Shown here: positions 13,349 to 27,348 of the stretch, piece after piece
Position numbering within the stretch: the stretch's first letter is position 1
Layout: each line of letters starts with the position of its first letter
Origin: the human T2T-CHM13v2.0 reference genome, Homo sapiens
Length of the DNA stretch: 64,000 nt
Assembly: GCF_009914755.1 (NCBI RefSeq)
Contig: NC_060942.1
Direction: 5' to 3' (one strand)
The notes under the pieces: generated by a model
Told to the model about the DNA's origin: nothing
Seen by the model: the letters and a program-made list of their open reading frames with translations, nothing else
The model's database searches: none
Made by a program: the position numbers and the translations under genes

Positions 13349-13523
13349 TTTTCTTTTTCTTTCTTTCCTTCTTTCTTTTTCTTTCTTTGAGTCAGGGTCT
13401 CACTCTGTCACCCAAGCTGGAGTGCAGTGGCCTGATCACGGCTCATTGCAGGCTTGATCTCCCCAGGTCCCGCCTAAGCCTCCCAAGTAGGTGGGACTGC
13501 AGGCCTGTGCCACCACCCCGGCT
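13349..13523 (-). mobile_element. Partial Alu (AluJ/FRAM-like)
   Basis: (CTTT)n tail plus antisense right arm. Confidence 0.85.
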
Positions 13524-13559
13524 ATGATTGCACCTTTCTAACAACAGCTTATAATTCTT

Positions 13560-14208
13560 TCATTTATTTATTTATTTTTTGAGCTGATGATCTGTTTAAT
13601 CTCAAGTTGGCAACATTACCCCCACCTCATACCCCAGCACCTGGATCACACTCTTCCAACAGAATACAGGGAAAACATGTGAGAAACAAGAAGGTAAATG
13701 GATGAAGGCGAATAGCGTCAGGAATCACACAAGGTGTTGTAGAAGCGGGTAGTGGTGATGTTTGACGGACAGTGTTTTGTGTCATCTGTGCCCCAGCTTC
13801 CTGTTCTTTTGTATGAAGAGTCAAGCACCATTCACACACTCTCCGTATTCACTAGGCACTTGTCTGTGGGTATCGTTGTGTTCCCGGTGTCCAGAGCAGG
13901 GAGTAGGGCATTGCGACCTCAGGGCACACCCCGTCACCCAAGGTGGGGCATTCGAGGCATTTATTAGCTGTGGTGAGAATGTGCCAGAGACTCAGAGATC
14001 CTGGCCCTTCCAGGAACAGCAGAAGAGCCTCCTCCTACATCGACCCCCATGGATACCTCCATGCAGCACGCCCTGGGGACAGCATGTTTGTAGGTGCCCA
14101 CCCACTGGGTGCATGGCTGTCCTCTGTCCCCACCAGCACTGGGAGTTCCTTCTTTGGCCAGCCTGCTGCTCTCGGAAGTGATTCGGTCTCTCCACCCCCA
14201 CCCCATCT
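13560..14208 (-). pseudogene. Putative 5'-truncated retrocopy of an unidentified polyadenylated RNA (3' UTR-like)
   Basis: Decayed poly-T 13560-13580, ATTAAA on the minus strand at 13595-13600 (14 nt from the tail), 13-bp TSD gcttataat(t/g)ctt at 13547-13559 and 14209-14221. Confidence 0.7.
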
Positions 14209-14354
14209 GCTTATAATGCTTAGTAAATTTAAAAACAAAAATATATTCATTTTAACTGCGTTTGCCTCCATTTTTGCCTTTCTCCTTAATTGCAGTGTGT
14301 TCTTTCACCTGCAGCAACATCGAAGTCACTACAAATGGCCATAGGACAGTTATA

Positions 14355-15067
14355 CAGTAGTCCACACTTATCTGTGGTTTCACTTTCTGAGGTTGCCGTT
14401 ATCCCCAGTCAACCGCAATCTGAAAATATTACATGGAATGATCTGGAGACAAACACCTCATGAGTTTTAAATTGTGCACCATTCTGAGTAGCATGATGAA
14501 ATCTCATCCTACTCCGTCCTGCCCAGGATGTGATGTGAATTGCTCCTGCCAGTGTATCTGCACTATCTTCGCTACCTGCCGGTTAGCTGGCTAGTCATCA
14601 ACACCACTGTCTGTTCCTGCCTGAATGTCATGACTGGACACCACCTATATTGTCATGGCTGCATGATCCAGGATCACCCAATGCAGATGATCCTCCTGAA
14701 GTGTCGTCGGCAGGTCGATGGTAGCCTAACCCTAGGTCACAAAGCCTGTGCCATTCACCTCAATTCATCTCATCACATAGGCATTTTCTCATCTCCCATC
14801 ATTCCAAAAAGAAGCGTGAGGACTGTACAGTAAAATACTTACAGAGAGAGAGAAACCATATTCACATAACCTTTATTACAGTGTGTTGTTATAATTGTTC
14901 TATTATTGGTTATTGTTAATCTCATTGTGCCTAATTTGTAAATTAAACTTTTATCATAGGTATGTAGGCATAGGAAAAAACATATCTAGGATTTGATACT
15001 AGCTATGGTTTCAGGCATCCACTGGGGGTCTTGGAATGTGTCCCCCAAGGATAAGGGGGGACTACTG
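14355..15067. mobile_element. Tigger7/MER44-type DNA transposon
   Basis: TIRs cagtagtccacacttatc / gataaggggggactactg, each flanked by TA (14353-14354, 15068-15069). Confidence 0.9.
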
Positions 15068-15142
15068 TACATCAGTAAGATGAAGAATTAAGATAAATAC
15101 TCAGTTAATTTCAAGGAGAACACATCACATGTTTATAAAGGT

Positions 15143-15455
15143 TATTTATATTTTATTTTATTTTTATTTATTCATTTTTGAGACAGGGTCTCACTCTGTT
15201 GTCCAGGCTGGAGTGCAGTGGCGTAAATGCCACTCACTGCAGCCTTGACCCCCAGGGTCAAGAAATCCTCCTACCTCAGCCCCCCATGTAGCTGGGATCA
15301 CAGGTGCGTGCCACCATGCCCAGTTAAGTTTTGGAGTTTTTGTAGAGACGGGGTCTCACTTTATTGCCCATGCTGGTCTCAAACTCCTGGGCTCAAGTGA
15401 TCCTCCTCCCTTGGCCTCTTAAATCGCTGATAGGCATGAGCCACCATGCCCAGCC
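15143..15455 (-). mobile_element. Alu (AluJ-like)
   Basis: (TTTTA)n tail plus antisense Alu. Confidence 0.9.
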
Positions 15456-16035
15456 TATGAAGGCTTTTGAGGAGGACAGCAGGGTGGTTCTTCTGAATGG
15501 TTGGCTTAGTTGAATTAGCATTCACTTAATTCCTCAATGCTGTTATCTGCTTTAGAGATAACAACATCAAAGGTGATGTTTAAGCAAAAACAAAAACTTT
15601 TAACTAACATTATGAAGGCAGTATTGTACAATAGTCAACTAATAAAAAGGGCACCCTAGAATAACAATAATACTTTTCTGGCAAATTGCACTTTTCATTC
15701 TGACGCTGACAGTATGCACTACAGATAATTGCTTTGGATTTGCAACTTTTATAAACCTTATTTTTGGATACAAATAATTCTGTGGAATGTTGAGAGTTTA
15801 GCAGGACTACTGGAGATTAGGAAGGCTGTGTGGTAAAGAAATTGTTTTAATCTATGACGTCACTCTGCTGCCATGCATACGAAGCATATAAAAGTCTTGG
15901 ACTCATTTCCATCTCTTTCTCTCAGTACAAGATTCAGTCTAGATTGTACCCATGGTTTCATGCTTATATATGGTATCTTGGTAAGCACATGGTATCTACC
16001 TTGTCATATAAACTAAGAGAAGTTTGATCTAAAAC

Positions 16036-16250
16036 TGCACTGTCTGATACAGTAGCCACTAGCCACATATGGCTATTCAAGTTTAAATTTAAATTAATTA
16101 AAAGTAAATAAAATGTAGAAACCAGCTCCTCATTCTCACCAGCCACATTTCAACTGCTCAATAGCCTAATGTGGCTAGTGGCTACCGTACCAGACAGTGC
16201 AGATATAGAATATTTCTATCGTTAGAGAAAGCGCTGTTGACCGGTGGTTA
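16036..16250. mobile_element. MER3-type hAT MITE with internal palindrome
   Basis: ctgcactgtctgatacagtagccactagccacat pairs with atgtggctagtggctaccgtaccagacagtgcag. Confidence 0.85.
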
Positions 16251-16484
16251 TCTAGAACACAATGCGGAGTTCTCATTTTTAAACTGTATGGCCATATAAA
16301 CATCATACTTGATTTTTAAAGAATGTTAATCATTTGAAAAATTAATTACATGACAAAATGAGTTTTAGTTTTGGAATTCTGTTTCCAAACTCATGTTTTT
16401 GAAGTAATTAGCATGAACACAGCGAAAGCATTTATTTGCATAGCAGCTGTCTTCCAAGTTGCTTATTTTACTCTGCCAACATTA

Positions 16485-16610
16485 ATTTATTCATTCAAAA
16501 AATATTTATTGAGTGCCTGCTGTGTGCCAACCACTCTTCTGGGATCTAGAACAAAAGAAACAAAAATCCCTGGCTGTGGGGAGCTCATGTTGTACCCAGT
16601 GGGGTGAGAG
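16485..16610 (-). mobile_element. L2 3' end
   Basis: ttcattcaaaaaatatttattgagtgcctgctgtgtgcca signature. Confidence 0.75.
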
Positions 16611-16741
16611 GCAAATATTTCAGTTTGTAAGGCCAGGGAACAGCATGAGGATATTCCAATTCCTAGGTTATTGCTCACTAAGAAGTCACAGAACGAGGCC
16701 AATATTAAGAACATAATTTCCAATTTTTAAAGACATTCTCA

Positions 16742-17031
16742 GGCCAGACACACTTGTAATCCCAACACTTTGAGAGGTCGAGGTGGGAAGATTGTATAAG
16801 ACCAGGAGTTCAAGACCAGCCTGGGCAACATAGCAAAACCCCCATCTCTATAAAAAATAAAAAAGTTAGCCAGGCATGGTGGCAGCTATAGTTCCATCTA
16901 CTCGGAAGGCTGAGGTGGGAGGATCACTTGAGCCCAGGAGGAGGCTCAAGGCTACAGTGAACTAAGAACATGCTGCTGCACTCCAGCCTGGGATTCAGAG
17001 CAAGACCCTGTCTCAAAAAATTAAAATAAAA
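16742..17031 (+). mobile_element. Alu (AluJ-like)
   Basis: Dimeric Alu with A tail. Confidence 0.9.
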
Positions 17032-17329
17032 TAGACATCTTCATCAACAACAGAAAAGCCTTGCAAATAATTACCCTATCTGCCAGACAAACTGCGTGAG
17101 GATCTGTGGCACATTTTCCAGTGTCACCTTCTTCCTTCATGGATCATAGCATTTACAGTTGGAAGTGGCTTTAAACTCCACTCTTCCAACTTTCCTCCAC
17201 AATATCCAACCAAGTAACCATCTGGCCTCTGGCTGAGCACTTTGGGTAGAAGAAAGCTCACCATTTCAGTGGGGGCACATATTCATCAGTCCTAATTTTT
17301 TATGATGATGATGATGATTATTATTACAC

Positions 17330-17910
17330 CATATGTTATTACATCATATATCTATAGTTGAAAAATTTAGAAATAATGGATACAAATAAATGTGAAATCA
17401 GTTGTATTCCCAACACGCAGAAAGATAATCACCAATAACACAATAGCATTTTGATATATAAGCTTCAAGACTTTCTCTGTGTCTGTCTCTCCATCTCTCT
17501 CCATCTCCGTGTGTGTGTGTGTGTATATAATAAAATGGAACCATTTATATCCTACTTGTTTCTATTTCCCCCATAGAGTACAAACATATTTTCATTCAAA
17601 CAAACATAGTTCCAAATCACCATTTTAATAATGTATGGCATTCCATTGAATGAATATATCATGATTTATTTAAGCCCTTATTGTCAAAAGTTTACATGGC
17701 TCTAATTATTACACTATCATAACCAGTACTGTGTTGAACATCTTTGTACATAGATCTTTGTGCAGCTGATCAAACTTCTATAACCAAAATCTAGAAGTGG
17801 AATTCCTCGGTCAAAATTTCTGCATATATTTAAGGTTTTTTGTACATATTGCCAAATTCCGTTCCAGAAAAATAGAATGGAATTTTTATTTTTGTGGAAC
17901 CAAATTTGGC
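17330..17910 (-). mobile_element. Old L1ME fragment with embedded CT/TG microsatellite
   Basis: Antisense L1 3' UTR motifs (ttccattgaatgaatata, tctagaagtggaatt, catattgccaaatt); (TG)n at ~17509-17524. Confidence 0.6.
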
Positions 17911-18576
17911 AATATATTCCATTTTCCATCATGAGAATGCCCCTTTCCCCAAGCCCTCACCCATGATATTGTTCTTGGGAGAACTTTATCTTTTCTGTAT
18001 TTTTCACCCATTGGTTCTTAGCTTGCCCCTGGGACAAGCTTTCAAGTGTCTGAAAAAACTGTCATGTCCCTCCAAAGACTTCTCCCTTTTTAGACTTAAC
18101 ATACCTCCAATATGGATTAATAAATTATTGTCAGCCTGGCACCTGGAGGATCAATAGTTCCGTCCTTGATGTTTTATTGCTCAACACTCTAACAGATGAC
18201 TTGGAGGAAGCTATAAAAAGCGTGCTTGTAAATTCTGCTCAACGTTTATTCAGCACCTACCAGATGTGGGGCATGATGCGTTGGTCTAAGGACATAAATA
18301 CAAATGGGCTGTCTGCCCTGCCCTCAAGGAGCTCATGGGAAGGTCCAGAGTGAGAAGTGGAGATGGGGCTGGAGATGGACGTGGTGATTTCCAACACAGC
18401 TTGCACAGCAAATGATAATATTTGTCTCAGAAGGCAGCACCCTGCCAGAGGACAGCAGCCACTCCTAACCTGTCACAGGCGTGAGGCACACTGGTCAGGA
18501 GATCGGCTCTGCTTCTCAAGCAACTCTGTGTGCCAGGCCCTGTTCTCCAAAACAATCCCTTAGAAATGACTTTTTA

Positions 18577-18880
18577 GGCTGGGCGCGGTGGCTCACGCCT
18601 ATAATCCCAGCACTTCGGGAGGCTGAGGCGGGCAAATCACGAGGTCAGGAGATGGAGACCATCCTGGCTAACACGGTGAAACCCGGTCTCTACTAAAAAT
18701 ACAAAAAATTAGCTGGACATGGTGGCGGGCGCCTGTAGTCTCAGCTACTCGGGAAGCTGAGGCAGGAGAATGGCATGAACCCAGAAGGCGGAGGTTGCAG
18801 TCAGCTGAGATCGTGTCACTGTTCTCCAGCCTGGGAGACTGACTGAGACTCTGTCTCAAAAAAAAAAAAAAAAAAAAAAA
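18577..18880 (+). mobile_element. Alu (AluY-like)
   Basis: Diagnostic gagaccatcctggctaacacggtgaaaccc, long pure A tail, TSD ending gacttttta. Confidence 0.93.
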
Positions 18881-18899
18881 GGACTTTTTAAATATTTTG

Positions 18900-19066
18900 A
18901 AAATTAGCCAGTGTGGTGGTGCACACCTCTTGTAGACCCAGCTACTCAGCTACTTGGGAGGTTGAGGTAGGATTGCTTGAGCCTGGGAGGTCAAGGCTGA
19001 AGTGAGCTGAGATCACACCACTGTACTCCAGCCTGGGTGACAGAGACCCTGTCTCGAATTTAAAAA
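18900..19066 (+). mobile_element. Partial Alu (right arm)
   Basis: aaaattagcc...gagaccctgtctc. Confidence 0.85.
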
Positions 19067-20400
19067 TATATATAGTGTACATATATATATATATAAAAGT
19101 GTTTGCCCTTTCCTCCAGCACAGCCACCAGCAGAAATATGTTTTCAGGGCACACAAACACAAGATCCCTAGTGTGGCTATGTCTCTCTCTCCTCAGTTAT
19201 TTATTTCTCTGACAATTTCCCAAGAGAAATTTTGGCTAATATAAAACCAAATGCATTTTGAAGAGTTTTAGGGACCAAAGACATTAACCTTAGAGAGAGA
19301 TAAGCTGCTTCAAATCCTTCTGGGAGCGGAACTAGGCAGCACCTAAGGAAATACCTAAGATGGTAATTCCAAAAGTTTGCTGTGAAATACAAATTAGACT
19401 GGAATAGAAAAAGAAATGTTCAGAACTTGAAAATATTCAACACTTGGTTATTGATAAGTGATTCCATTACGAATATTAAACATCCAGAAATGTCTTCTAA
19501 ACGGCACCCTAAGACCAGCTACCTGCTATGTCCTATTTCCTCCTGTCCCATAACAGCTCAGGTCTTGATTCACTTTATCCTCAGAGAATGAGGTTGTTGC
19601 TCACACCAGGACACCCTCATATCTGACAGCACTTGAAACAAGGAACAGCTTCTCTCCACTGTGGCCTCCTGGTCAGATGTCCTATACTTTGAACTGTTGG
19701 GTGGTGGCTGCCAAAATCAATGGCCCTTCTTTGCAAAGAGGGACAAATAGCTCATGGTTTAAAGAGTGAAATAATGAAGCATATCTTGCTTTATTTCAGA
19801 TTTATACAATTTAATCTTTGGAATGGCGTCTGACGTTTTTGTTTGATGTCACAATTGCATGTGGTTAATTGAAGCAGAGTGGTTGATCTTTGCCTCTAAT
19901 GTATTTCATGAACCATGCCCCATTCACTAGAGTTCAGGGACTGTACCAGGGGGTGGCTCTGCCTTCCTCTGGTTCTCCTTTCCAGAATCTTATGGCTAAA
20001 AGAAGGAAGAAAAGCAGTGTTCCTCTCCTCCTTCCCCAACGGGATCACTGCCACGCAGGGTTACCGACATTCCAGGTCTTCATTTCCCAGATCAAGATCT
20101 GTTCATGATTCCGACAAACAGCTACCTGCTGGCCTTCTTGGGCCCAGAGGTGCACACACCGGCAGTGCAGCAAGACCCACTCGGGAGTCGGACACAAGGA
20201 GAAGGCCCTCGCAGGCCCTAGAAGCGTGCTGGAGGCCATTTCGGCAAGACTGTGGACTAAGCGAGTGCTTGGCAAAAGCCACTGGCCTGTGGGCTCCTTG
20301 CTCTGTGAGGAGGGGGCGGGCTGAGGGGGACCAGGCCAGGCTCTCAAACAAAGAGCCTATCAGGCACAGTGACTTTGGGTCTATAGGTCACACTGCACAG

Positions 20401-20480
20401 CTCGCTCGCTCTCTCTGTCTCTCTCTCTCTCTCTCTCCACCCCTCCTCCTCCTTCCCCCTTCTTCCTTCCTCTTTATCTA
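20401..20480. repeat. CT-rich simple repeat / polypyrimidine tract
   Basis: (CT)n followed by CCT/CTT repeats. Confidence 0.85.
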
Positions 20481-21487
20481 AACTTTCACTGGGATAATTG
20501 TAGATTCACATGCAGTTGCAAGAAATAATACAAAACCTGGCCCTGGTGGCTGGAGGTCTGCACACAATGGCCCCTCGTGGAGTAAGGCAAGAAAGGTGGG
20601 AGTCGGGGGGCAGGCTGCAGATGGGACAGGGAATTCTCAGTTGGAACCTGCTCTCTGTGTCAGGATGAAGTTGTATTTAGCAAGGACATGCTATTTAATG
20701 GTTTGTTAGCTTGAGGAATAACTTTTAAATATTTATACAGATGGTATGTGGGCATCCCTTTGTACTTCTGCCCCACGTCCCTGCAAAGGTTAGGGTAAGC
20801 TTGGGGCTGGCAGTGCTTGTTTTCATCAGTGAATTATCCCTAGAGAAAGTCTGAAGGTTCTGGAACCTAACCACAATAGCCCATTAGGTCCCTGCAAAGG
20901 TGTTATCCCTCCCTTGCAGAGCTTCTTAAGAGTCGGCAGCCAAAGAAAGAAGTGCTCCAGGAGTGTTGACGGCAGTGTGTGGAAGACTGAGGCTTAGGGA
21001 AAGGTTTTCGTGGTAGTACTGAAATGAGGAACTCTTGTTCCCTTGGGATAAATCATCTGTACTCAGTAAACTGATCTATTTCTCTGCTCTGGTGTTTTCT
21101 TCTTTTGTGATTTCCCTTAGCATCCTAGTAAAATTTCATACAAAAAGCTCCTGTATGTCTTGGCTGACCTGGGAGGCTAAGGGGAATGTAGGTTTGTGGG
21201 CTTGGCCAGCTGGGGAGTCCAGAGCCCAGGGACTCAGGACAGAGCCAAAAGAACCATGGCAGGTGGAGCCACAGGGATATTTTGTAACCTCTGCTACCTA
21301 GCCCTTATACAAGGTCGATGAAGGACCCAGCAGCTTCAGGAAGGCAGAAACTGTATCTGTCACCACTCTAGTGCCCAGGACATGTGTGTGACAGAGGGCA
21401 TGTGTTATAATTACCTAAATAATATATGCATACATAAAAATATGGATAATTAATAATTAATGGTTAATTTAAAATATTACATTATTA

Positions 21488-21877
<390 letters not shown>

Positions 21878-22845
21878 TTATATTGCAAAAACTGAAAACA
21901 GAAAGATGATTTGAAATGGCTTCAAGCAAGTGCATTCAAATTTCTTCCTGGTTTTAGCATGTGGAGCACCATGTTCTCAGTTGTTTACAATGGACTTGAT
22001 GGATCTGCCCATCCTCAAAATGTTTGACTTGTATTTGTAGAAGGAGTTCATCCACCAAGATAATACAAACCATTGCTTCTAGGACAGGTCTGGCAAGTAA
22101 GGTTGCATAGGCTGTCTCTCTTTATGGATTTATTTTGAGTTCTTAAAAAATTTTCTGGGCTGTTGTCTCAGTATATATTATATGTTTGCAGTTTTTGTGC
22201 TTAATGTTCATAGCTCCACTCTTCTTATCAAATTTACCAAACCCTATGTATCTGACCTTTGGCCAGGATGTATTGACATGTCACTTACCATGCCTCTGTG
22301 CAAGGTAGACTACAGCCCATTGTGACACATTCCTATCCATACTGATTCAAAATGACAAGATATATAGATTAATGGAATAGAATTTGGAGCCCAGAAATAA
22401 ACCCATATACCTATAGCTAGTTGACAAGGGTGCCAAGACAATAAAATGGGGAAAAATAGTCATTCAACAAATTATGCTGGGATAACTGGATATTCACATG
22501 CAAAAGAATGAAGGTGGACCCCTATTTTACAGCTTACACAAGAATTAACTCAGAATGGATCAAAGACCTATATTTAGAAGCTACAACTATACAACTCTTG
22601 TAAGAAAACATAGGGGTAAATCTTCATGACCTTGGATTTGGCAATGAATTATTAGAAATAACACAAAGGTACAAGTGACAAAAGAAAAAATAAATGGGAC
22701 TCATAAAAATTTAAAACTGTGCATCAAAGGACACTGTCAACAAAAGATGACCTAAAACAATGGGAGAAAATATTTGCAAATCATATATCATATAAAGGGA
22801 CTTGTAACCAGAATATATAAAGAACTCTTAGAACTCAATGATAAA

Positions 22846-23147
22846 GGCTGGGTGCGATGGCTCATGCCTGTAATCCCAGCACTCTGGGAGGTCGAGGCAG
22901 GCGGATCACCTGGGGTCAGGAGTTTGAGACCAGCCTGACCAACATGGAGAAACCCCGTCTCTACTAAAAATACAAAATTAGCGGGGCGTGGTGGTGCATG
23001 CCTGTAATCTCAGCTACTCAGGAGGCTGAGGCCGGACAATCACTTGAACCTGGGAGGAGGAGGTTGCAGCGAGCTGAGATCGCGCCATTGCACTACTCCA
23101 GCCTGGACAACAAGAGTGAAACTCCATCTAAGGAAAAAAAAAAAAAA
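22846..23147 (+). mobile_element. Alu (AluSp/Sq-like)
   Basis: Full length, TSD aactcaatgataaa. Confidence 0.95.
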
Positions 23148-23362
23148 ACTCAATGATAAAAAACACAATCAAATTCAAAAATAAGCAAAGGACTTGAATG
23201 GACATTTCTCCAAAGGAGATATATAAATGACCAACAAGCACATGAAAAGATACAACACCATTAGTCATTAGGGAAATGCAAATCAAAACCACAATAAAAT
23301 ACACTTCATACACATGAGGAGGATGGCTACAGTTGGGTGGGGGGAGGGAAACAGAAAATAGG

Positions 23363-23826
<464 letters not shown>

Positions 23827-24315
23827 TCAAATAATTGTACAGTAATATGCATAGCACCACCATTCACAATAGCCAAAAGGCAAAGCAACCCACATGCCCG
23901 TCAACAGATAAATAAAACGTGGTAGGCACCTACCATGGGATATAATTCAGCCATAATACCGCAATGCTACATGCTTCATTCTACCATGGGGATGAACTCA
24001 AAAACAGTATGAGAAGTGAGACGACAGACACCAAATGTCATTGATTGTAGGATTGCATTTGTATGGCATATTGGGAAGAGGTAAATCCCACAGAGACAAA
24101 AATACTTTAGCTGTTGGCAGGGATTGAAGAGAGGAGGGGAGTGGGGAGTGAGTGCTTCATGGGTACAGGATTTCCTTTCAGGTCACACAAATGCTTTGGA
24201 GCAAGCTACAGCGGATTGTTGCGCAGTACAGTGAACGCACCAAATACAACTGAATTCTACACAGTTGAACATCCCTAATCCGAAAATCTAAAATCTGAAA
24301 TGCTCCAAACTCTGA

Positions 24316-24615
<300 letters not shown>

Positions 24616-24733
24616 TTTAAAAAAAAATTATAAAGAAAAGAGATTTATTTGGCTCACAATTCTGCAGGGTACACAAGAAGCCCGCTGCCAACATCTGCTT
24701 CTGATGAGGACCTCAGGAAACTTGTGATCATAG

Positions 24734-25109
<376 letters not shown>

Positions 25110-25284
25110 GGTTGCAGGAACCGGTAGAAAAGGAACTCAGTCATTACTGTGAGGACAAGGACAGGACCCAAGCCATTCATGAGGGACCCACCTCCCTGAC
25201 CCAAACACCTCTCACCAGGCCCCACCTCCACCCAAACGCCTCTCACCAGGCCCCGCCTCCAACACAGGGTCAAATTTCTCCCTC

Positions 25285-25577
<293 letters not shown>

Positions 25578-25623
25578 AATTTCAACATGAGGTTTGGAGA
25601 GGACAAATATCCAAACTACATCA

Positions 25624-25748
25624 ACTGTGTTACAGAAGATTCTGCCCGTCTGTAGACTAATGTAAATGTTCTTAGCATGGTTTAAGGCAGGCTAGGCTAA
25701 GCTCTGATGCTTGGTAGGTTAGGTGTATTAAATGCATTTTCGACTCAT
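25624..25748. mobile_element. Tigger2-like fragment
   Basis: gtttaaggcaggctaggctaagct...ggtaggttaggtgtattaaatgcattttcgact motif. Confidence 0.75.
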
Positions 25749-26301
25749 CATCAAAATCTGAAACTTTTTGAATGCTGATATGATGCCACAAGTGGTAAAT
25801 TCCACACAAAAATACTTATCACAAACTTTGTTTCGTGCACAAAACTATTTAAAATATTGTAAAAAGCTACCTTCAGGTTTTAGTTAATTTTATGTTGAGT
25901 GAACTTTACATCAATAAAATAGAATAAATTTTAAAATGACAACAACCACCAGACTCTTGACCCTCTCTCAGGTACCACACTTGAGCCCAGGACCTCTGTG
26001 GAGCTGCCTCCATGGGAATCAACCACAGTCCCCAAGAACATCCAGGTTAGTCCTTCATGGCTAAGCCAGTCCTGAGGGGCCAGGAAGCAGTCTATTCCCA
26101 TTCTACCGTTTATTGAGGCTTGGGAAGTGTCACACATCCCAGAGCAGTTTCTGATCACCCTGTGTCACAACCCCTCCCCTCCAGCCCTCTGTTCAGCAGA
26201 TCTTGGATGTTGTACCCTGCACTGGCTACATAATTTGCAGAGCCTGTATGAAATGAAATTGTGGGGATGTCTCTTAACAAAATTAAGAATTTCACCATGA
26301 C

Positions 26302-26606
26302 GCCAGGACAGTGGCTCACATCTGTAATCCCAGCATACTGGGAGGCCAGGGTGGGAGGTTCGCTTGAGCTCAGGAGTTTGAGACCAGGCCGGGCAACACA
26401 GTGAGGCCCTATCTCTACAAAGAAGAGAAGAAACAACTTAGCCAAGCGTGGTGGGGCACGCCTGTGGTCCCAGCTACTAAAGAAGTTGAGGTGGGAGGAC
26501 TACTGGAGGTTGAGGTGGCAGTGAGCTGTATTTGCACCATTGTACTCCAGCCTGGGCATCAGAGTGAAACCTTTTCTCAAAAAAAAAAAAAAAAAAAAAG
26601 AAAAAA
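26302..26606 (+). mobile_element. Alu (AluJ-like)
   Basis: Dimeric Alu with long A tail. Confidence 0.9.
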
Positions 26607-27059
26607 TATCAAGAAGGTGTTGGCAGAACATTTAGGGCCCTTCTGAGCTCAGGGTCCTGTCTGCATGGGTCCCCTGCCCTGGTGGTGTCCCGTCCCTGTC
26701 TCCTGTCCCCGCTCCATGGCTGCTTTATCACACTATGGAGTCCCACTCTGAGGATGACGATTGCTTGTACCCTGTCTGAGCCACCTTGGGCCACTCAGCT
26801 GTCCTCACAGAGCCTCCTTCTGAAGCCAGATTGGTTGAATATCCTCCTGTCTTCTCTCATGGCCTCTTGCACATGACCTGGGAGTCAGTTTGCCTGCACC
26901 CACAATGGGCTCTGCAGTATGTCTGGCTGCTGCGAGAGCTCACTTACACCAACAAGGTAAGCATGGTAGCCCCAAGGCCCTGGTCCAGTGGAGGAGCCAA
27001 GATCTGATGACCTCCAAGACCCCCTCAAGCCCTGAAGTTCTGTATTTAATTGAGGCTGG

Positions 27060-27140
27060 CATGTACTGTTACACCTATTTTCACAGATGAGTAAACTGAG
27101 ACTCAGAGAACGTCAGTGGCTGCAGCAAGGTCATGCAGCT
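27060..27140 (-). mobile_element. MIR fragment
   Basis: cctattttcacagatgagtaaactgagactcagaga core. Confidence 0.7.
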
Positions 27141-27295
27141 CACACTGCTGGTTAAGAGTTTCTTTCAAGTGTAACGTAGGAAAATGTACAACATTTATTG
27201 GTTTTACTTTTGATAATACTGGCTCATATATAGTTACCTGCTAGGTCTCTGTTAAGATCGAGACTTTTTTTTTTTTTAAATAGCTTTGCTGGCTA

Positions 27296-27348
27296 AGTTT
27301 CAGTTTCGTTTCATTTTCCTCCTATCACTTAAGTTTCAGTTCTGTTTC
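27296..27348. promoter_or_regulatory. Candidate tandem ISRE / IRF site cluster
   Basis: AGTTTCAGTTTC (27296-27307) matches the ISRE consensus AGTTTCNNTTTC and extends as GTTTCATTTTC. A second partial site, AGTTTCAGTTCTGTTTC, starts at 27332. Confidence 0.55.

Noticed and set aside
16036-16202. Strong hairpin
   Set aside because: Intrinsic to the MER3-type MITE.
19915-20481. 188-aa ORF
   Set aside because: No recognisable domain, ends in a CT repeat, no supporting splice pattern.
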